DNA of 64,000 bases. Origin: Ranitomeya imitator. Its lineage: Eukaryota. Positions 10,540 to 22,752 of the stretch are shown here, piece by piece. The stretch spans positions 513,050,001 to 513,114,000 of the forward strand of contig NC_091287.1 of the NCBI RefSeq assembly GCF_032444005.1, in the 5' to 3' direction. The first letter of the stretch is position 1. Every line of letters begins with the position of its first letter. The notes beneath the pieces are model-generated. The model was given only the letters and a program-made list of their open reading frames with translations. It did no database searches and had not been told where the DNA came from. The translations under genes and the position numbers were made by a program.

Positions 10540-13500
10540 ATGGATATTCAGGGTCTGTGCTCTTCAATGGATAATTTCGTTACAAATGTACAAAGGATTC
10601 AAGATACTATTGATCAGAAATCTATGTTAGAACCAAGAATTCCTATTCCTGATTTGTTTTTTGGTGATAGAACTAAGTTTCTTAATTTCAAAAATAATTG
10701 TAAGCTATTTCTGGCCTTGAAACCTCATTCTTCTGGTAATCCTATTCAACAGGTTTTGATTATTATTTCTTTTTTGCGCGGCGACCCTCAGGACTGGGCA
10801 TTTTCTCTTGTGCCAGGAGACCCTGCATTGAGTAATGTAAATGCGTTTTTCCTGGCGCTCGGATTGCTTTACGATGAGCCTAATTCAGTGGATCAGGCTG
10901 AGAAAAATTTGCTGGCTTTGTGCCAGGGTCAGGATGATATAGAAGTATATTGTCAGAAATTTAGGAAGTGGTCTGTACTCACTCTGTGGAATGAATCTGC
11001 GCTGGCAGCTTTGTTCAGAAAGGGTCTCTCTGAGGCTCTTAAGGATGTCATGGTGGGTTTTCCTATGCCTGCTGGTTTGAATGAGTCTATGTCTTTGGCC
11101 ATTCAGATCGGTCGACGCTTGCGCGAGCGTAAATCTGTGCACCATTTGGCGGTATTGTCTAAGATTAAACCTGAGCCTATGCAGTGCGATAGGACTATGA
11201 CCAGAGTTGAACGGCAAGAACACAGAAGTCTGAATGGTCTGTGTTTCTACTGTGGTGATTCCACTCATGCTATTTCTGATTGTCCTAAGCGCACTACGCG
11301 GTTCGATAGGTCTGCCGTCATTGGTACTGTACAATCCAAATTCCTTCTGTCCATTACCTTGATATGCTCTTTGTCATCGTATTCTGTCATGGCGTTTGTG
11401 GATTCAGGCGCTGCCCTGAATCTGATGGATTTGGATTATGCTAAACGTTGTGGGTTTTTCTTGGAGCCTTTGCGGTGTCCTATTCCGTTGAGAGGGATTG
11501 ATGCTACACCTTTGGCCAAGAATAAACCTCAGTACTGGACCCAGCTGACCATGTGCATGGCTCCTGCACATAAGGAAGTTATTCGCTTTCTGGTGCTACA
11601 TAATCTGCATGATGTGGTCGTGTTGGGGTTGCCATGGCTGCAAACCCATAATCCAGTATTGGATTGGAACTCTATGTCGGTATCCAGCTGGGGTTGTCAG
11701 GGGGTACATGGTGATGTTCCATTTTTGTCTATTTCGTCATCCACTCCTTCTGAGGTCCCAGAGTTCTTGTCTGATTATCAGGATGTATTTGAAGAGCCCA
11801 AGTCCGATGCCCTACCTCCGCATAGGGATTGTGATTGTGCTATCAATTTGATTCCTGGTAGTAAATTCCCTAAAGGTCGATTATTTAATTTATCTGTGCC
11901 TGAACACTCCGCTATGCGCAGTTATGTGAAGGAATCCCTGGAGAAGGGACATATTCGCCCATCGTCATCACCACTGGGAGCAGGGTTCTTTTTTGTAGCC
12001 AAGAAGGATGGTTCGCTGAGACCATGTATTGATTACCGCCTTCTTAATAAGATCACTGTTAAATTTCAGTATCCCTTGCCATTGTTATCTGACTTGTTTG
12101 CTCGGATTAAGGGGGCTAGTTGGTTCACTAAGATAGATCTTCGTGGTGCGTATAATCTGGTGAGAATCAGGCAAGGAGATGAATGGAAAACTGCATTTAA
12201 TACGCCCGAGGGTCATTTTGAGTATCTAGTGATGCCGTTCGGACTTGCCAATGCTCCATCTGTGTTTCAGTCTTTTATGCATGACATCTTCCGTGAGTAT
12301 CTGGATAAATTCCTGATTGTTTATTGGATGACATTTTGATCTTCTCAGATGATTGGGACTCTCATGTGAAGCAGGTCAGAATGGTTTTCCAGGTCCTGCG
12401 TGCTAATTCTTTGTTTGTGAAGAGATCAAAGTGTCTCTTCGGTGTGCAGAAAGTTTCATTTTTGGGGTTCATCTTTTCCCCTTCTACTATCGAGATGGAT
12501 CCGGTTAAGGTCCAAGCCATCCAGGATTGGACTCAGCCGACATCTCTGAAAAGTCTGCAAAAATTCCTGGGCTTTGCTAATTTTTATCGTCGCTTCATCT
12601 GTAATTTTTCTAGCATTGCCAAACCATTGACCGATTTGACCAAGAAGGGTGCTGATTTGGTTAATTGGTCTTCTGCTGCTGTGGAAGCTTTTCAGGAGTT
12701 GAAGCATCGTTTTTGTTCTGCCCCTGTGTTGTGTCAACCAGATGTTTCTCTTCCGTTCCAGGTCGAGGTTGATGCTTCTGAGATTGGAGCAGGGGCAGTT
12801 TTGTCACAGAGAGGTTCTGGTTGCTCAGTGTTGAAACCATGTGCTTTCTTTTCCAGGAAGTTTTCGGCTGCTGAGCGTAATTATGATGTGGGCAACCGAG
12901 AGTTGCTGGCCATGAAGTGGGCATTCGAGGAATGGCGTCATTGGCTTGAAGGAGCTAAGCATCGCGTGGTGGTATTGACTGATCATAAGAACCTTACTTA
13001 TCTCGAGTCTGCCAAGCGCTTGAATCCTAGACAGGCCCGTTGGTCGTTATTTTTTGCCCGCTTCGATTTTGTGATTTCGTACCTTCCGGGCTCTAAAAAT
13101 GTGAAGGCGGATGCTCTGTCTAGGAGTTTTGTGCCCGACTCTCCGGGTTCATCTGAGCCGGCGAGTATCCTCAAGGAAGGAGTCATTCTGTCTGCCATCT
13201 CCCCTAATTTGCGGCGAGTGTTGCAAAAATTTCAGGCGAATAAACCTGATCGTTGTCCGGCGGAGAAACTGTTCGTCCCTGATAGGTGGACTACTAAAGT
13301 TATCTCTGAACTTCATTGTTCGGTGTTGGCTGGTCATCCTGGAATATTTGGTACCAGAGAGTTAGTGGCTAGATCCTTCTGGTGGCCATCTCTGTCACAG
13401 GATGTACGTACTTTTGTGCAGTCCTGTGGGATTTGTGCTAGGGCTAAGCCCTGCTGTTCACGTGCCAGTGGGTTGCTTTTGCCCTTGCCGGTCCCAAAGA

Positions 13501-14621
13501 GGCCTTGGACACATATTTCGATGGATTTCATTTCTGACCTTCCCGTTTCTCAAAAGATGTCAGTCATTTGGGTGGTCTGTGATCGCTTTTCTAAAATGGT
13601 CCATCTGGTGCCCTTGGTTAAATTGCCTTCCTCCTCTGATTTGGTGCCTTTGTTCTTCCAGCATGTGGTTCGTTTGCATGGCATTCCTGAGAATATTGTT
13701 TCTGACAGAGGTTCCCAGTTTGTTTCGAGGTTTTGGCGAGCCTTTTGTGGCAGGATGGGCATTGACCTGTCTTTTTCCTCGGCTTTCCATCCTCAGACTA
13801 ATGGCCAGACCGAACGAACCAATCAGACCTTGGAGACATATCTGAGATGTTTTGTTTCTGCAGACCAGGATGATTGGGTGTCCTTTTTGCCGTTGGCTGA
13901 GTTCGCCCTTAATAATCGGGCCAGCTCGGCTACCTTGGTCTCTCCATTTTTCTGTAATTCTGGGTTCCATCCTCGTTTCTCTTCAGGACAGGTTGAGTCT
14001 TCGGACTGTCCTGGTGTGGATTCTGTGGTGGACAGGTTGCAGCAGATCTGGACTCAGGTAGTGGACAATTTGGCCTTGTCCCAGGAGAAGGCTCAACTTT
14101 TCGCTAATCGCAGACGCCGTGTGGGTCCCCGACTTCGTGTTGGGGATCTGGTTTGGTTATCTTCTCGTCATATTCCTATGAAGGTTTCCTCTCCTAAATT
14201 TAAACCTCGTTTTATTGGTCTGTATAGGATTTCTGAGATTCTCAATCCTGTGTCTTTTCGTCTGACCCTCCCAGACTCCTTTTCCATACATAATGTATTC
14301 CATAGGTCGTTGTTGCGGAGATACGTGGCACCTATGGTTCCATCTGTTGAACCTCCTGCCCCGGTTTTGGTGGAGGGGGAATTGGAGTATATTGTGGAGA
14401 AAATTTTGGATTCTCGTGTTTCTAGACGGAAACTCCAGTATCTGGTTAAATGGAAGGGTTATGCTCAGGAAGATAATTCCTGGGTTTTTGCCTCTGATGT
14501 CCATGCTCCAGATCTTGTTCGTGCCTTTCATGTGGCTCATCCTGGTCGGCCTGGGGGCTCTGGTGAGGGTTCGGTGACCCCTCCTCAAGGGGGGGGGTAC
14601 TGTTGTGAATTCTGTGGCTGA
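10540..14621 (+). pseudogene. Gypsy gag-pro-RT-RNaseH-integrase-chromodomain polyprotein with one frameshift
   Basis: Motifs include the Gag CCHC knuckle [14 protein letters not shown], protease FVDSGA and [13 protein letters not shown] / [17 protein letters not shown] is broken at ~12325 (TAT TG GAT GAC). RNase H shows DAS, TDHKNL and ADALSR. Integrase shows H-GHPG-C-C and SDRGSQF, followed by the chromodomain YLVKWKGY...NSW. Confidence 0.95.
14587..14597 (+). promoter_or_regulatory. Polypurine tract of the Gypsy element
   Basis: AAGGGGGGGGG ending 3 nt before the 3' LTR. Confidence 0.85.
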
Positions 14622-15356
14622 ATTCACTCCTGTGGTCACAAGTGGTACTGCAGCTTCTGAGCTTCCTCCCTCAGGTGTTCTGGTGAGCTCGTTGGCTGCT
14701 TTGTTATTTAACTCCACCTGATTCTGTCTTCCTTGCTCCTTGTCAATGTTCCAGTGTTGGACCTGAGCTTCTGGATCTTTCCTGTGGCCTGCTGCTCTGC
14801 TTAGATAAGTGTTTCTTTGCTTTTGTTGCTACTTTTTCTGTCTAGCTTGTCTATTCGTTTTTGCTGGAAGCTCTGAGACGCAAAGGGTGCACCGCCGTGC
14901 CGTTAGTTTGGCACGGTGGGTCTTTTTGCCCCCTTTGCGTGGTTTTTTGCTTTAGGGTTTTTTGTAGACTGCAAAGTTCTCTTTGCTATCCTCACTCTAT
15001 CTAGAATATCGGGCCTCACTTTGCTGAATCTATTTCATCCCTACGTTTGTCTTTTCATCTTGCTAACACTCATTATATGTGGGGGGCTGCCTTTTCCTTT
15101 GGGGTATTTCTCTGAGGCAAGTCAGGCTTGTTTTTCTATCTTCAGGCTAGTCAGCTCCTCAGGCTGTGCCGAGTTGCATAGGTAGTGACAGGCGCAATCC
15201 ACAGCTGCCTTTAGTTGTGTTTAGGATAGGTTCAGGTATTGCGGTCTACAGAGATTCCACGTCTCAGAGCTCGTTCTATTGTTTTTGGGTTATTATCAAA
15301 TCACTGTATGTGCTCTGATTGCTGGCACACTGTGTCACTGGATTGCCTACATAACA
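14601..15356 (+). repeat. 3' LTR of the Gypsy element
   Basis: Direct repeat of 9652-10407. Confidence 0.95.
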
Positions 15357-15619
15357 GGTACCATTGCGTCGGTATGATTTAGTAATGGAGGTCTATACAC
15401 AGCGAATGTGTCCGTTCGCTGTGCGTTAGACCTAACATACCCAAAAATGCTGATTTTGATGTGGTTAGAATGCATTATGATAATGGATGGCAATGGGTGC
15501 GTTAACGGATCTATTACATTGCGTTAGTGCCGATTAGTAACGGATCCATTAAACGAATGGGACTAACGCGATGTGAACCTAGCCTTATATTCTTCTTCTT
15601 TACAAGCAGATTGTGCTAG

Positions 15620-16139
15620 TGTCAAGGTGAAAATATATTTTCTTTATACACTTTTGTACTTTTATATATTCTTATGCTGTGAAACAATAAGTTTTTCCTT
15701 TATGCTTGCTAATGCATATGTAATTGTATTTAAGATGGCTGCCAGTATTCACCTTTGTCCCAGATTCACTCTGCTGAAGAAGCAAGTTACACATTCCAGA
15801 AGGACAAGTATCATTTCTCTTGAAATGATACTTAAAGCGACATGGAGAAAGGAAGATTCATCAGATGATGTCAGAGCCAACCAGAAAGACTGAATACTAG
15901 ATACATTGCTTAAACCCTGCCTATCCCCGCCCTCTGCACACCTTCCCCCAATAGATCATATAATGTTGTGTATTAGAAAATAAAGTCAGTTGCTGTGACG
16001 TTGCTACACTATGTAGACACACGAGCATGCAATGAGTTTGAACCAGCCTTTGTCTGACTCATTCTTATCCGGTACCACTGCTCTTATTCTGATTTGGAAT
16101 GACTGGTGAAGGAAGGGTATTGTCGTGACGACCCCGACA
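15620..16139 (+). repeat. ERV 5' LTR
   Basis: TGTCAAGG...CCCCGACA, with AATAAA near 15979. About 99% identical to 22753-23273 by eye. Confidence 0.95.
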
Positions 16140-16142
16140 ATT

Positions 16143-16162
16143 TGGCGCAACCAACGTGGGGC
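16143..16162 (+). promoter_or_regulatory. ERV primer-binding site, tRNA-Lys(CUU)-like with a 2-nt insertion
   Basis: TGGCGC-AA-CCAACGTGGGGC versus the canonical Lys1,2 PBS TGGCGCCCAACGTGGGGC. Confidence 0.8.
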
Positions 16163-16865
16163 GTGGCCCGCGATCCGAGACCCCCTGGACCCATGCCTGG
16201 ACGTCCGTGGACGACACCCGTAGTGGCTGACCTCGAGGACTGATCACCCTCCAAACATGGTAAGTGGAGAACACATACTATGTATGTGTCACACTTGCTA
16301 GTGTTTCAGCCGTTATTGGTTAGTCTGTGGTCTCCTTGGGTCTGGGGAGTGACCGGTCGAGTGGTGAGACCGAGCGTGATCCCGTGCCACGCTTCGAACC
16401 AGCAACTGAGAGACGTCACACTCTGCGCGTCCTCGTGTACACCACACCTCCTCCACCGGTCATTGTACTCCATTCAACCACCCTACCCGTGACTATTGCC
16501 TAGTAGTGATAGAGTGAAAGATTGAGGAAGTTTGTGGATTGGGGGCGGCTTTGAGAAAGGAATAGGAGACGCAGCCTCTGTGATATTGTACCAACTAGGT
16601 AATTAAGACGTCCCGAAAGGGGACCACCTGTTTTTCTGTGGAGGGCTCTCACTAGGAGACCGCCTCCCGACTGGTTAGAATATCGTGACAGGGTAGACTG
16701 TTAATCACTGGTGTTCAGGGGTTAGGGACAGGATATCGAGCGCGAGGCTCTTTATTCATAACACATCGAACGCGAGGCTCCGTGTTGTTTTTTTTGTTGG
16801 GAATACCGTGTTGTTACCGCTGTCAGCGATCCTGGGCTGCAGCAGGGCGTAGTATTCTGTGAGTC

Positions 16866-17138
16866 ATGTTGCGTCTCTTGAAGCAGAAGAAGTCCGTGCC
16901 CCAAGGGTTAGATGAGGATGCTGTGGAAGTCAAGACAATAGTAGAGTCACGGGAGGGCAAGAAGGCAGTCAAGAATGTTGAGAGGTTGTACAAGCATGTA
17001 GGATTGCCCTCGTCAGGGAGATTGCAGCCGTCTACATGGCACCATCTCATGGAGAACAAAAAGGGCATGTTGAAAGAGAAAGGATTGTTAGAACAAGCGC
17101 AAGCTCATCTGCGAGTTGCGCGAGGTTTAAAGAACTAG
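16866..17138 (+). CDS. 90-aa open frame in the ERV leader/gag position (matrix-like remnant or accessory ORF)
   Basis: First sizeable ORF after the PBS, basic and helical-looking. No recognisable capsid or zinc knuckle follows it. Confidence 0.3.
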   Translation: MLRLLKQKKSVPQGLDEDAVEVKTIVESREGKKAVKNVERLYKHVGLPSSGRLQPSTWHHLMENKKGMLKEKGLLEQAQAHLRVARGLKN

Positions 17139-18789
17139 GAATGGAAAAAGTTTGATGGAGAGGAAAGATGAAAGGATGCAGAGCCCGTGTTTAGTTATAA
17201 AAAACCTCAATTATTAGTTTTCCTAGGGTGTTCTGGCATATGAGTTGTGTGAAGGTTTTGTAGAAATTAATTAAGTCTGAGAACTGCTGTATTCCATTAC
17301 TCTGTGTGGTTTTCCGAGACACCCGATGGGAGGGGTCAAACAGCTGCGCTGTGCCTTTCTTCTTTGTGTTGAGGAATGCTGTGATGTTCTTATCTGTTCC
17401 GTGTTTCTGGTATGGAGGGGGTCGAGTCGCTGCGTCCTCTCCTTGTGTAGTAAGAATTATTGTAAGTTTAAAGTAAAATATGGTGTTTTGTTTTAGATTG
17501 TTACGTTGAAAAAGGAAAATTGTCTATTGCTATGAAAAAAAAAAAAAAAAACCTGGATGTTTTGTGGTGCAAGAAAGAACTGAGAAAGTGACTGAGATTA
17601 ATGTGTTGGGAAAGCAAACAATAAAAAATTTGGTACAGGGGGGCTCCCTCTTAGGTAACATGATCCCTCCCCAGGAAATTAAGTCTCTTCTCCCGACTGT
17701 AAGCTCTGTGCCCCTTAACCCCAAGGCACCAATATGTCCTAGACTGCCGAGAAGTTCTATGGGCGTCTTATGGTAGTGTTTAAAGATCTGGGGTTTTCAC
17801 TGTATAATAAAGCCCATTCACACGTTTTTGTGGTAGCTTTGATGTCCGAGTTTTAAATCTGAATTGAAAGAGGCAATAATGTCAGTCAGACCTGACATCG
17901 AGAATTCCACTCCGGACGATGCATTAACAGTAGTACAAAGTTTCCAGAAGAACTTAACCCATTCTGTATCAGCAGCTGCGCTCTCTAGCCCCCACCGCTC
18001 TCAGCCCCCCCCCCCACAGCTGCAAGGACACAGCTCCTAGCTCAGTTCCTTATCAGTGGCCCAAGCCTTCAGCTCCAGCCCCCCTCCCCTACACAAATCC
18101 AGTCTCATACTCCAATATCCATTTTAACCCTGTGTCTGGAAATCTCCCTCGCCATGTTAATTCTCAGACCAAGACAAGACAGATGGATTTGTAAACATTG
18201 TGGTCAGACAAACCCAGACTGGAGAAATACTTGTATAATCTGTGCTGCAACCCAACCTAAGTGAATTACACTGAATCCTGTCCAGACAAGATCACATGTA
18301 GTGATAGAAGAAGCTGACACAGGATTGTGGTTAGTGGGTAGTGGGGACATTAACTTTTGGGAGTAAGCTGACAGTAATCCTTTTGGGAAGGAGCTGTAGA
18401 CCAGCATGTCATGTCACCCCCAACCGGTCATCTAGTCACCCCCACCACCAGAGAACCAACCACATCAGGTAGTGTAAGACAGATACAGGAGTATTATCCC
18501 TGGAAGCCCTCTGACTAGCTAGCTACGCTAAAATAATTGGCTGACCCTGAGAACAAACCTTTCCCATTATACAGACAAAGACAATATGATGGACGTATAA
18601 GTGCACCTGAGCAGACCTAGAGAGTTGGTGAGCCAAGATGATGGTCAGATGGTATTTATGTTATATAACCCCTATGCAGATGAATATAATGAGATGTGTA
18701 TCTTACTCGCCCTTTCCCAATCAGTTTGCAAAAAAAAAAAAAAATTGGGGGGATAGTGTTGTTAACCCTGGCAGTTAGAATATCCCTAT

Positions 18790-20560
18790 GTCACGTTGCT
18801 TCAGTATGCGGGTAATTTTTTTGTTTTGTTGTGTGCACAGACAGAGCAGGAAGCCATTGTTGCCACTGTTAGTTTTCGCAAGTATCTGGCAGATCTGAAC
18901 TGTCGGGTTTCGGCCTCGAAACTTCGGTTCTGCCTTGGTCAAGTGATATTTTTGGGTCACTGTCTCCTTCAGGGTGCCAGACACCTCACAGAAGAAAGAA
19001 AAAAAAAAGAAAAAAATAGCCGTCAGCTACAAAAGATGAGACTGAACTCCAGCGTTTTCTTGGATTATGTATTTATCGTTGTCAGTGGATACCGGACGCA
19101 TCCCGCATAATGCTACCTCTCTACAAGGCCCTGAAAGACAGTTCAAGATATGCTGATGATTTTGGCAGATTCCACACCGGATAAGCTGTTACTACGGAAG
19201 ATACTGTATTGCCCGGAGCTGCACTCCCTCCCTCACTGTCAGCACAAGAAGCAGAACTTCAGGCTCTGTCTACTACATGTGTTCTGGCCAAAGACAGACG
19301 GGCTGATATATACACGGACTCACAGTATGCATTTGGTATTGCTCATGATTTCGGAGTCCTATGAGCCAATCAAGGATTTGTTACTACTGCTGGGACTCAG
19401 TGAAGAATGTTGAAGCTGTTAAAGCCCTCATGGACTCAATCAAATTACCTACCCAGGTGGCCATTATCAAAGTTAGGGAGCACGGTCCTAGGAACAGTCC
19501 ACAGACTGTTGGTAACGCCTTTGCGGATATGCAAGCAAAAGCCGCTGCTCTCCTACCCGTTGAACTGACCATACCAGCTATGGTGACCACACGCTCTCAG
19601 CGTGAACAGTTACAAGAAACACTGACTCTACAGGAACCTGATGATCTACGACAGGCTGATGTTTTCTGCCAGAACCCGCGAGACCGCTTAATGACGATGC
19701 AGAGAATGTCTCCAAAGGAAGAAGTGAAGCAGTGGAAAGCTGATGGAGCACGTATGGACAATGGTCGCTGGAAAAAGGACCAACTTGTGTGTCTCCCTAA
19801 GCGGATGTACCCTGCTATTGCCACGTGGGCGCATGGGCCCACACATCTAGGCATCTGTCAGACCTGCAATCCTGGTCAACTTCAACGTGTACCCCCGAAG
19901 TATCTTGCTAAGCCTGACTATCCTTTCCAAAGGCTCCAGGTGGACCTCATCACGTTGCCTAAGTCTGAAGGTATGAATATTGTCTGGTGGTTGTCGATAT
20001 GTTCTCCAGTTGGCCAGAAGTATTCCCCGTTACCAACGTGACTGCAAAGACCACAGCAAAGAAACTGGTGATGGAAGTTATATGCAGATATGGTGTTCCA
20101 GAAGTTGCTGAAAGTGACCAAGGCCCGGACTTTTCTTCTCATGTGTATCAGGAGGTTCTGACAATGCTTGGATCCACTGTAGCCCTCCATACTCTCCACA
20201 ATCCAGTGGGAAAATTAAGAGGCTGACCGGCACACTGAAGGGACAATTGACCAAAATGATGCAGGAGACTACGGCTCCATGGCCAGGGCTCTTACACATT
20301 CATACTACCCCTATTGCAAAATATGGGCTGTCCCCATATGAGATATTGTTTGGTGCTAGGCCCTCAGTTGCAAATTTTCAGTCTCAGTAGTTGTCAGAAG
20401 AAACTGACCGTGCTGTTCAATATGTTATTCAGCTTAGTAAAAATGTTGCTAACACCCATGTTTTAGTTTTTTTCTTCCCTTCCAGATTCAGCAAAAACCG
20501 ACACTTGTCACAATTTGAAGCCTGGTGGTCTTATGGTCGTGAAAAGCTATGTCAGTAAAA
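18790..20560 (+). pseudogene. ERV pol remnant (RT C-terminus, RNase H, integrase)
   Basis: LLQYAGNFF is a decayed QYVDDLL, followed by KL..C..QVIFLGH. RNase H shows IYTDSQYAFGIAHDFG and GNAFADMQAKAAA. Integrase shows HGPTHLG-CQTC, PFQRLQVD, VVDMFSSWPEVFP and SDQGPDF. There are several frameshifts and deletions. Confidence 0.9.
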
Positions 20561-20645
20561 CTTGAAGGAAAGAGCACCTGGATCCACGCTTCACACTGTT
20601 AAAGAGACCGGACCAGCGCTTACTCACAGTGATGATCGAAGGAAA

Positions 20646-22576
20646 ATGTTGCTGTTGTTTTTGGTCCTGAGGCTGGGGGCCATCTTCGCCCCTACCTTTC
20701 CGGCCCCTATTGTAAATAAGAATACCGGTGCCACTATTCTCTGGGTAAATCTAACGGCCCCGGTAAATATCTGGAGATTTAATTTCTGTGATATAGTCAA
20801 GTGCCCGGGACTCAGCGGGTGGTAGAGGGAATTATCCAATTCTATATACGGTATGTGTTACCAGAGAAAACAATAATAATTGTTATTATTGGTCAGATGC
20901 TGCCTGGAATACGGGGGATGATTGGGGATATAGACCTAGCGAAGCCATATTCCCTAAGGATCGGATGGGTAGGAGTCTTTGTGGGAGACTGCATCTAACA
21001 GCCCTGTTACAACCACCTAGGGGCTGTACATGGGGTATAAACTGTCACCCCTCCTCCTAAATCTTGAAAGCCCCCAATCAGCTGACCTGCAGACGTTTGT
21101 ACTGGGAAGATATTTTCATAGTGTATTTAGTAGTGGATACTATGGGAATTTAGGCCATATACAGCTCCAGGATATTAGCTTCAGACCAACCAAGGCCCCC
21201 ATTACCAGTACAGCTAAAACGGGCCCAAGTGAACGTTTGCAAAATATAGTTAACGAAGTAATCCCCATTCCAGGTCTTAGTTGGCAAGAAGTTTTCTCCA
21301 TAGAAACACAAACAGCCCCGAGGAAAAATTTATGGTTAGAATGGGTAAGATACAATGTACGAGTCCAGAATATCTCTGTAGGATATGTTGCTTGTGCTGC
21401 AGCAAATACACATTTATACACACATGCATTGTTTTTTCCTGATGACAATACTACTGCCTGTGTTATGAATCTGTTGAAGGGTCTAAAGTCCACTGATTGC
21501 TCAGATTATGTCCCACTAATTCATGAAGCACCTAAACTAAAGGTCCCAGGAGGGATAACTGTGTTAGCTGATAATTATACCTGCTATAATTCCCACGACA
21601 CTACAGGTACACCAGTAGGGGTCTTCGAGACAGGTTTCTGCAAAGAGAACAGTTCCCTAGATACTGACTTGCTAGCTAATCATACACGGTATATGTACGA
21701 TATTTATTGGTTATGTGGAGATGGTAAGCTCCGTCCTAGGTTGCCTAATGCCTGGACAGGTCAATGCACCCTTGTTAAATTAGCAGTGCAGTTCAAGATT
21801 TTACCTTGGGATCCGGAGATACCTGATGAATATAGCAGAAAGAGGAGAAGTCTCGATCAGCTCCACATGAGTTATGAAAAGATCCATTAGTATATGTCGA
21901 TGGCATTGGAGTGCCAAGGGGGGTGCCTGACCAATTTAAAGCCCAGAACCAGATCTATGCTAGCTTTGCTTCCATAATCCCACAAGTGCAGATTAATAAA
22001 AATGTTGATTGGATCAATTACATATATTACAGTGAAAAAAGGTTTGTCAATTTTACCTGTGATGATTTAGAAGGTATAGTTGAGGAGTTGGGCCCTAACA
22101 CTAGAATGACCCTCCAAAACCGACTCGCCCTTGATATGATCTTAGCTGAGAAAGGAGGAGTCTGTGGGATGGTGGGAGAGGAGTGTTGTACCTATATCCC
22201 TCAGAACTCTGGGGTAAATGGAAAGACCATGATAGCCCTTAAAAAGATAAATGGGTTAGCAGCAGAATTAAAAACTAATGTTGGAGTAGACATATCATTC
22301 TTTTCCGGTTGGTTGGGTGGGCTCAAAGGATTCCTTCAACAAACTTGTCTAGTACTGATTACTCTCCTTGTAGTTGGATCGATTATCCTCTATTGTGTTA
22401 TTCCCCTGTATAAAAAGGTTATCACTGAGGCAACTCCGACTGGCACCTTCCTCAACCTAGAAGTGGACCCACTAGAGTGCGATGGCACTGATCAAGGGGA
22501 GATCCCCAAGTATGTCCCCCTCAAGAAGATAGACAAAACCCTTTACTCTCAGATGATGCTAAGAGAGTTAGTTTAG
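20646..22576 (+). pseudogene. ERV env (gamma-type) with stops and frameshifts
   Basis: Signal peptide MLLLFLVLRLGAIFA, furin site RKRR (~21838), immunosuppressive domain LQNRLALDMILAEKGGVC, CX6CC motif (CGMVGEECC) and a hydrophobic TM segment LVLITLLVVGSIILYCVI. Confidence 0.92.
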
Positions 22577-22743
22577 GGACAGCAGGAGAACTCCATGTGA
22601 AGCTAGTGAAGGGTTCAGCTGCCTGGAGGCCTCTCACAAGGGGAGAGCTTCTGAGGTGTCTGGATGAAGAAATCCACCTCCCCTTTCCCCATCACATGGA
22701 CAGTCTCGAAGGATGTTTCTTTTTAGGGAAAAACTTAGTGTTT

Positions 22744-22751
22744 AGGGGGGA
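22744..22751 (+). promoter_or_regulatory. ERV polypurine tract
   Basis: AGGGGGGA immediately before the 3' LTR. Confidence 0.75.
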
Positions 22752-22752
22752 T

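Larger units (their letters stand above)
9652..15356 (+). mobile_element. Full-length Ty3/Gypsy chromovirus (Tf1/sushi lineage, related to the PEG10/RTL1 ancestors)
   Basis: Two 756-bp LTRs with about 7 substitutions by eye, GGTACC on both flanks, gag-pol with a C-terminal chromodomain, and a PPT before the 3' LTR. Confidence 0.95.
8764..15584. mobile_element. Harbinger-type MITE (~340 bp) split by two LTR retrotransposon insertions
   Basis: TTA|GGCTAGGTTCACAT at 8761 and ATGTGAACCTAGCC|TTA at 15571-15587. Confidence 0.85.
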
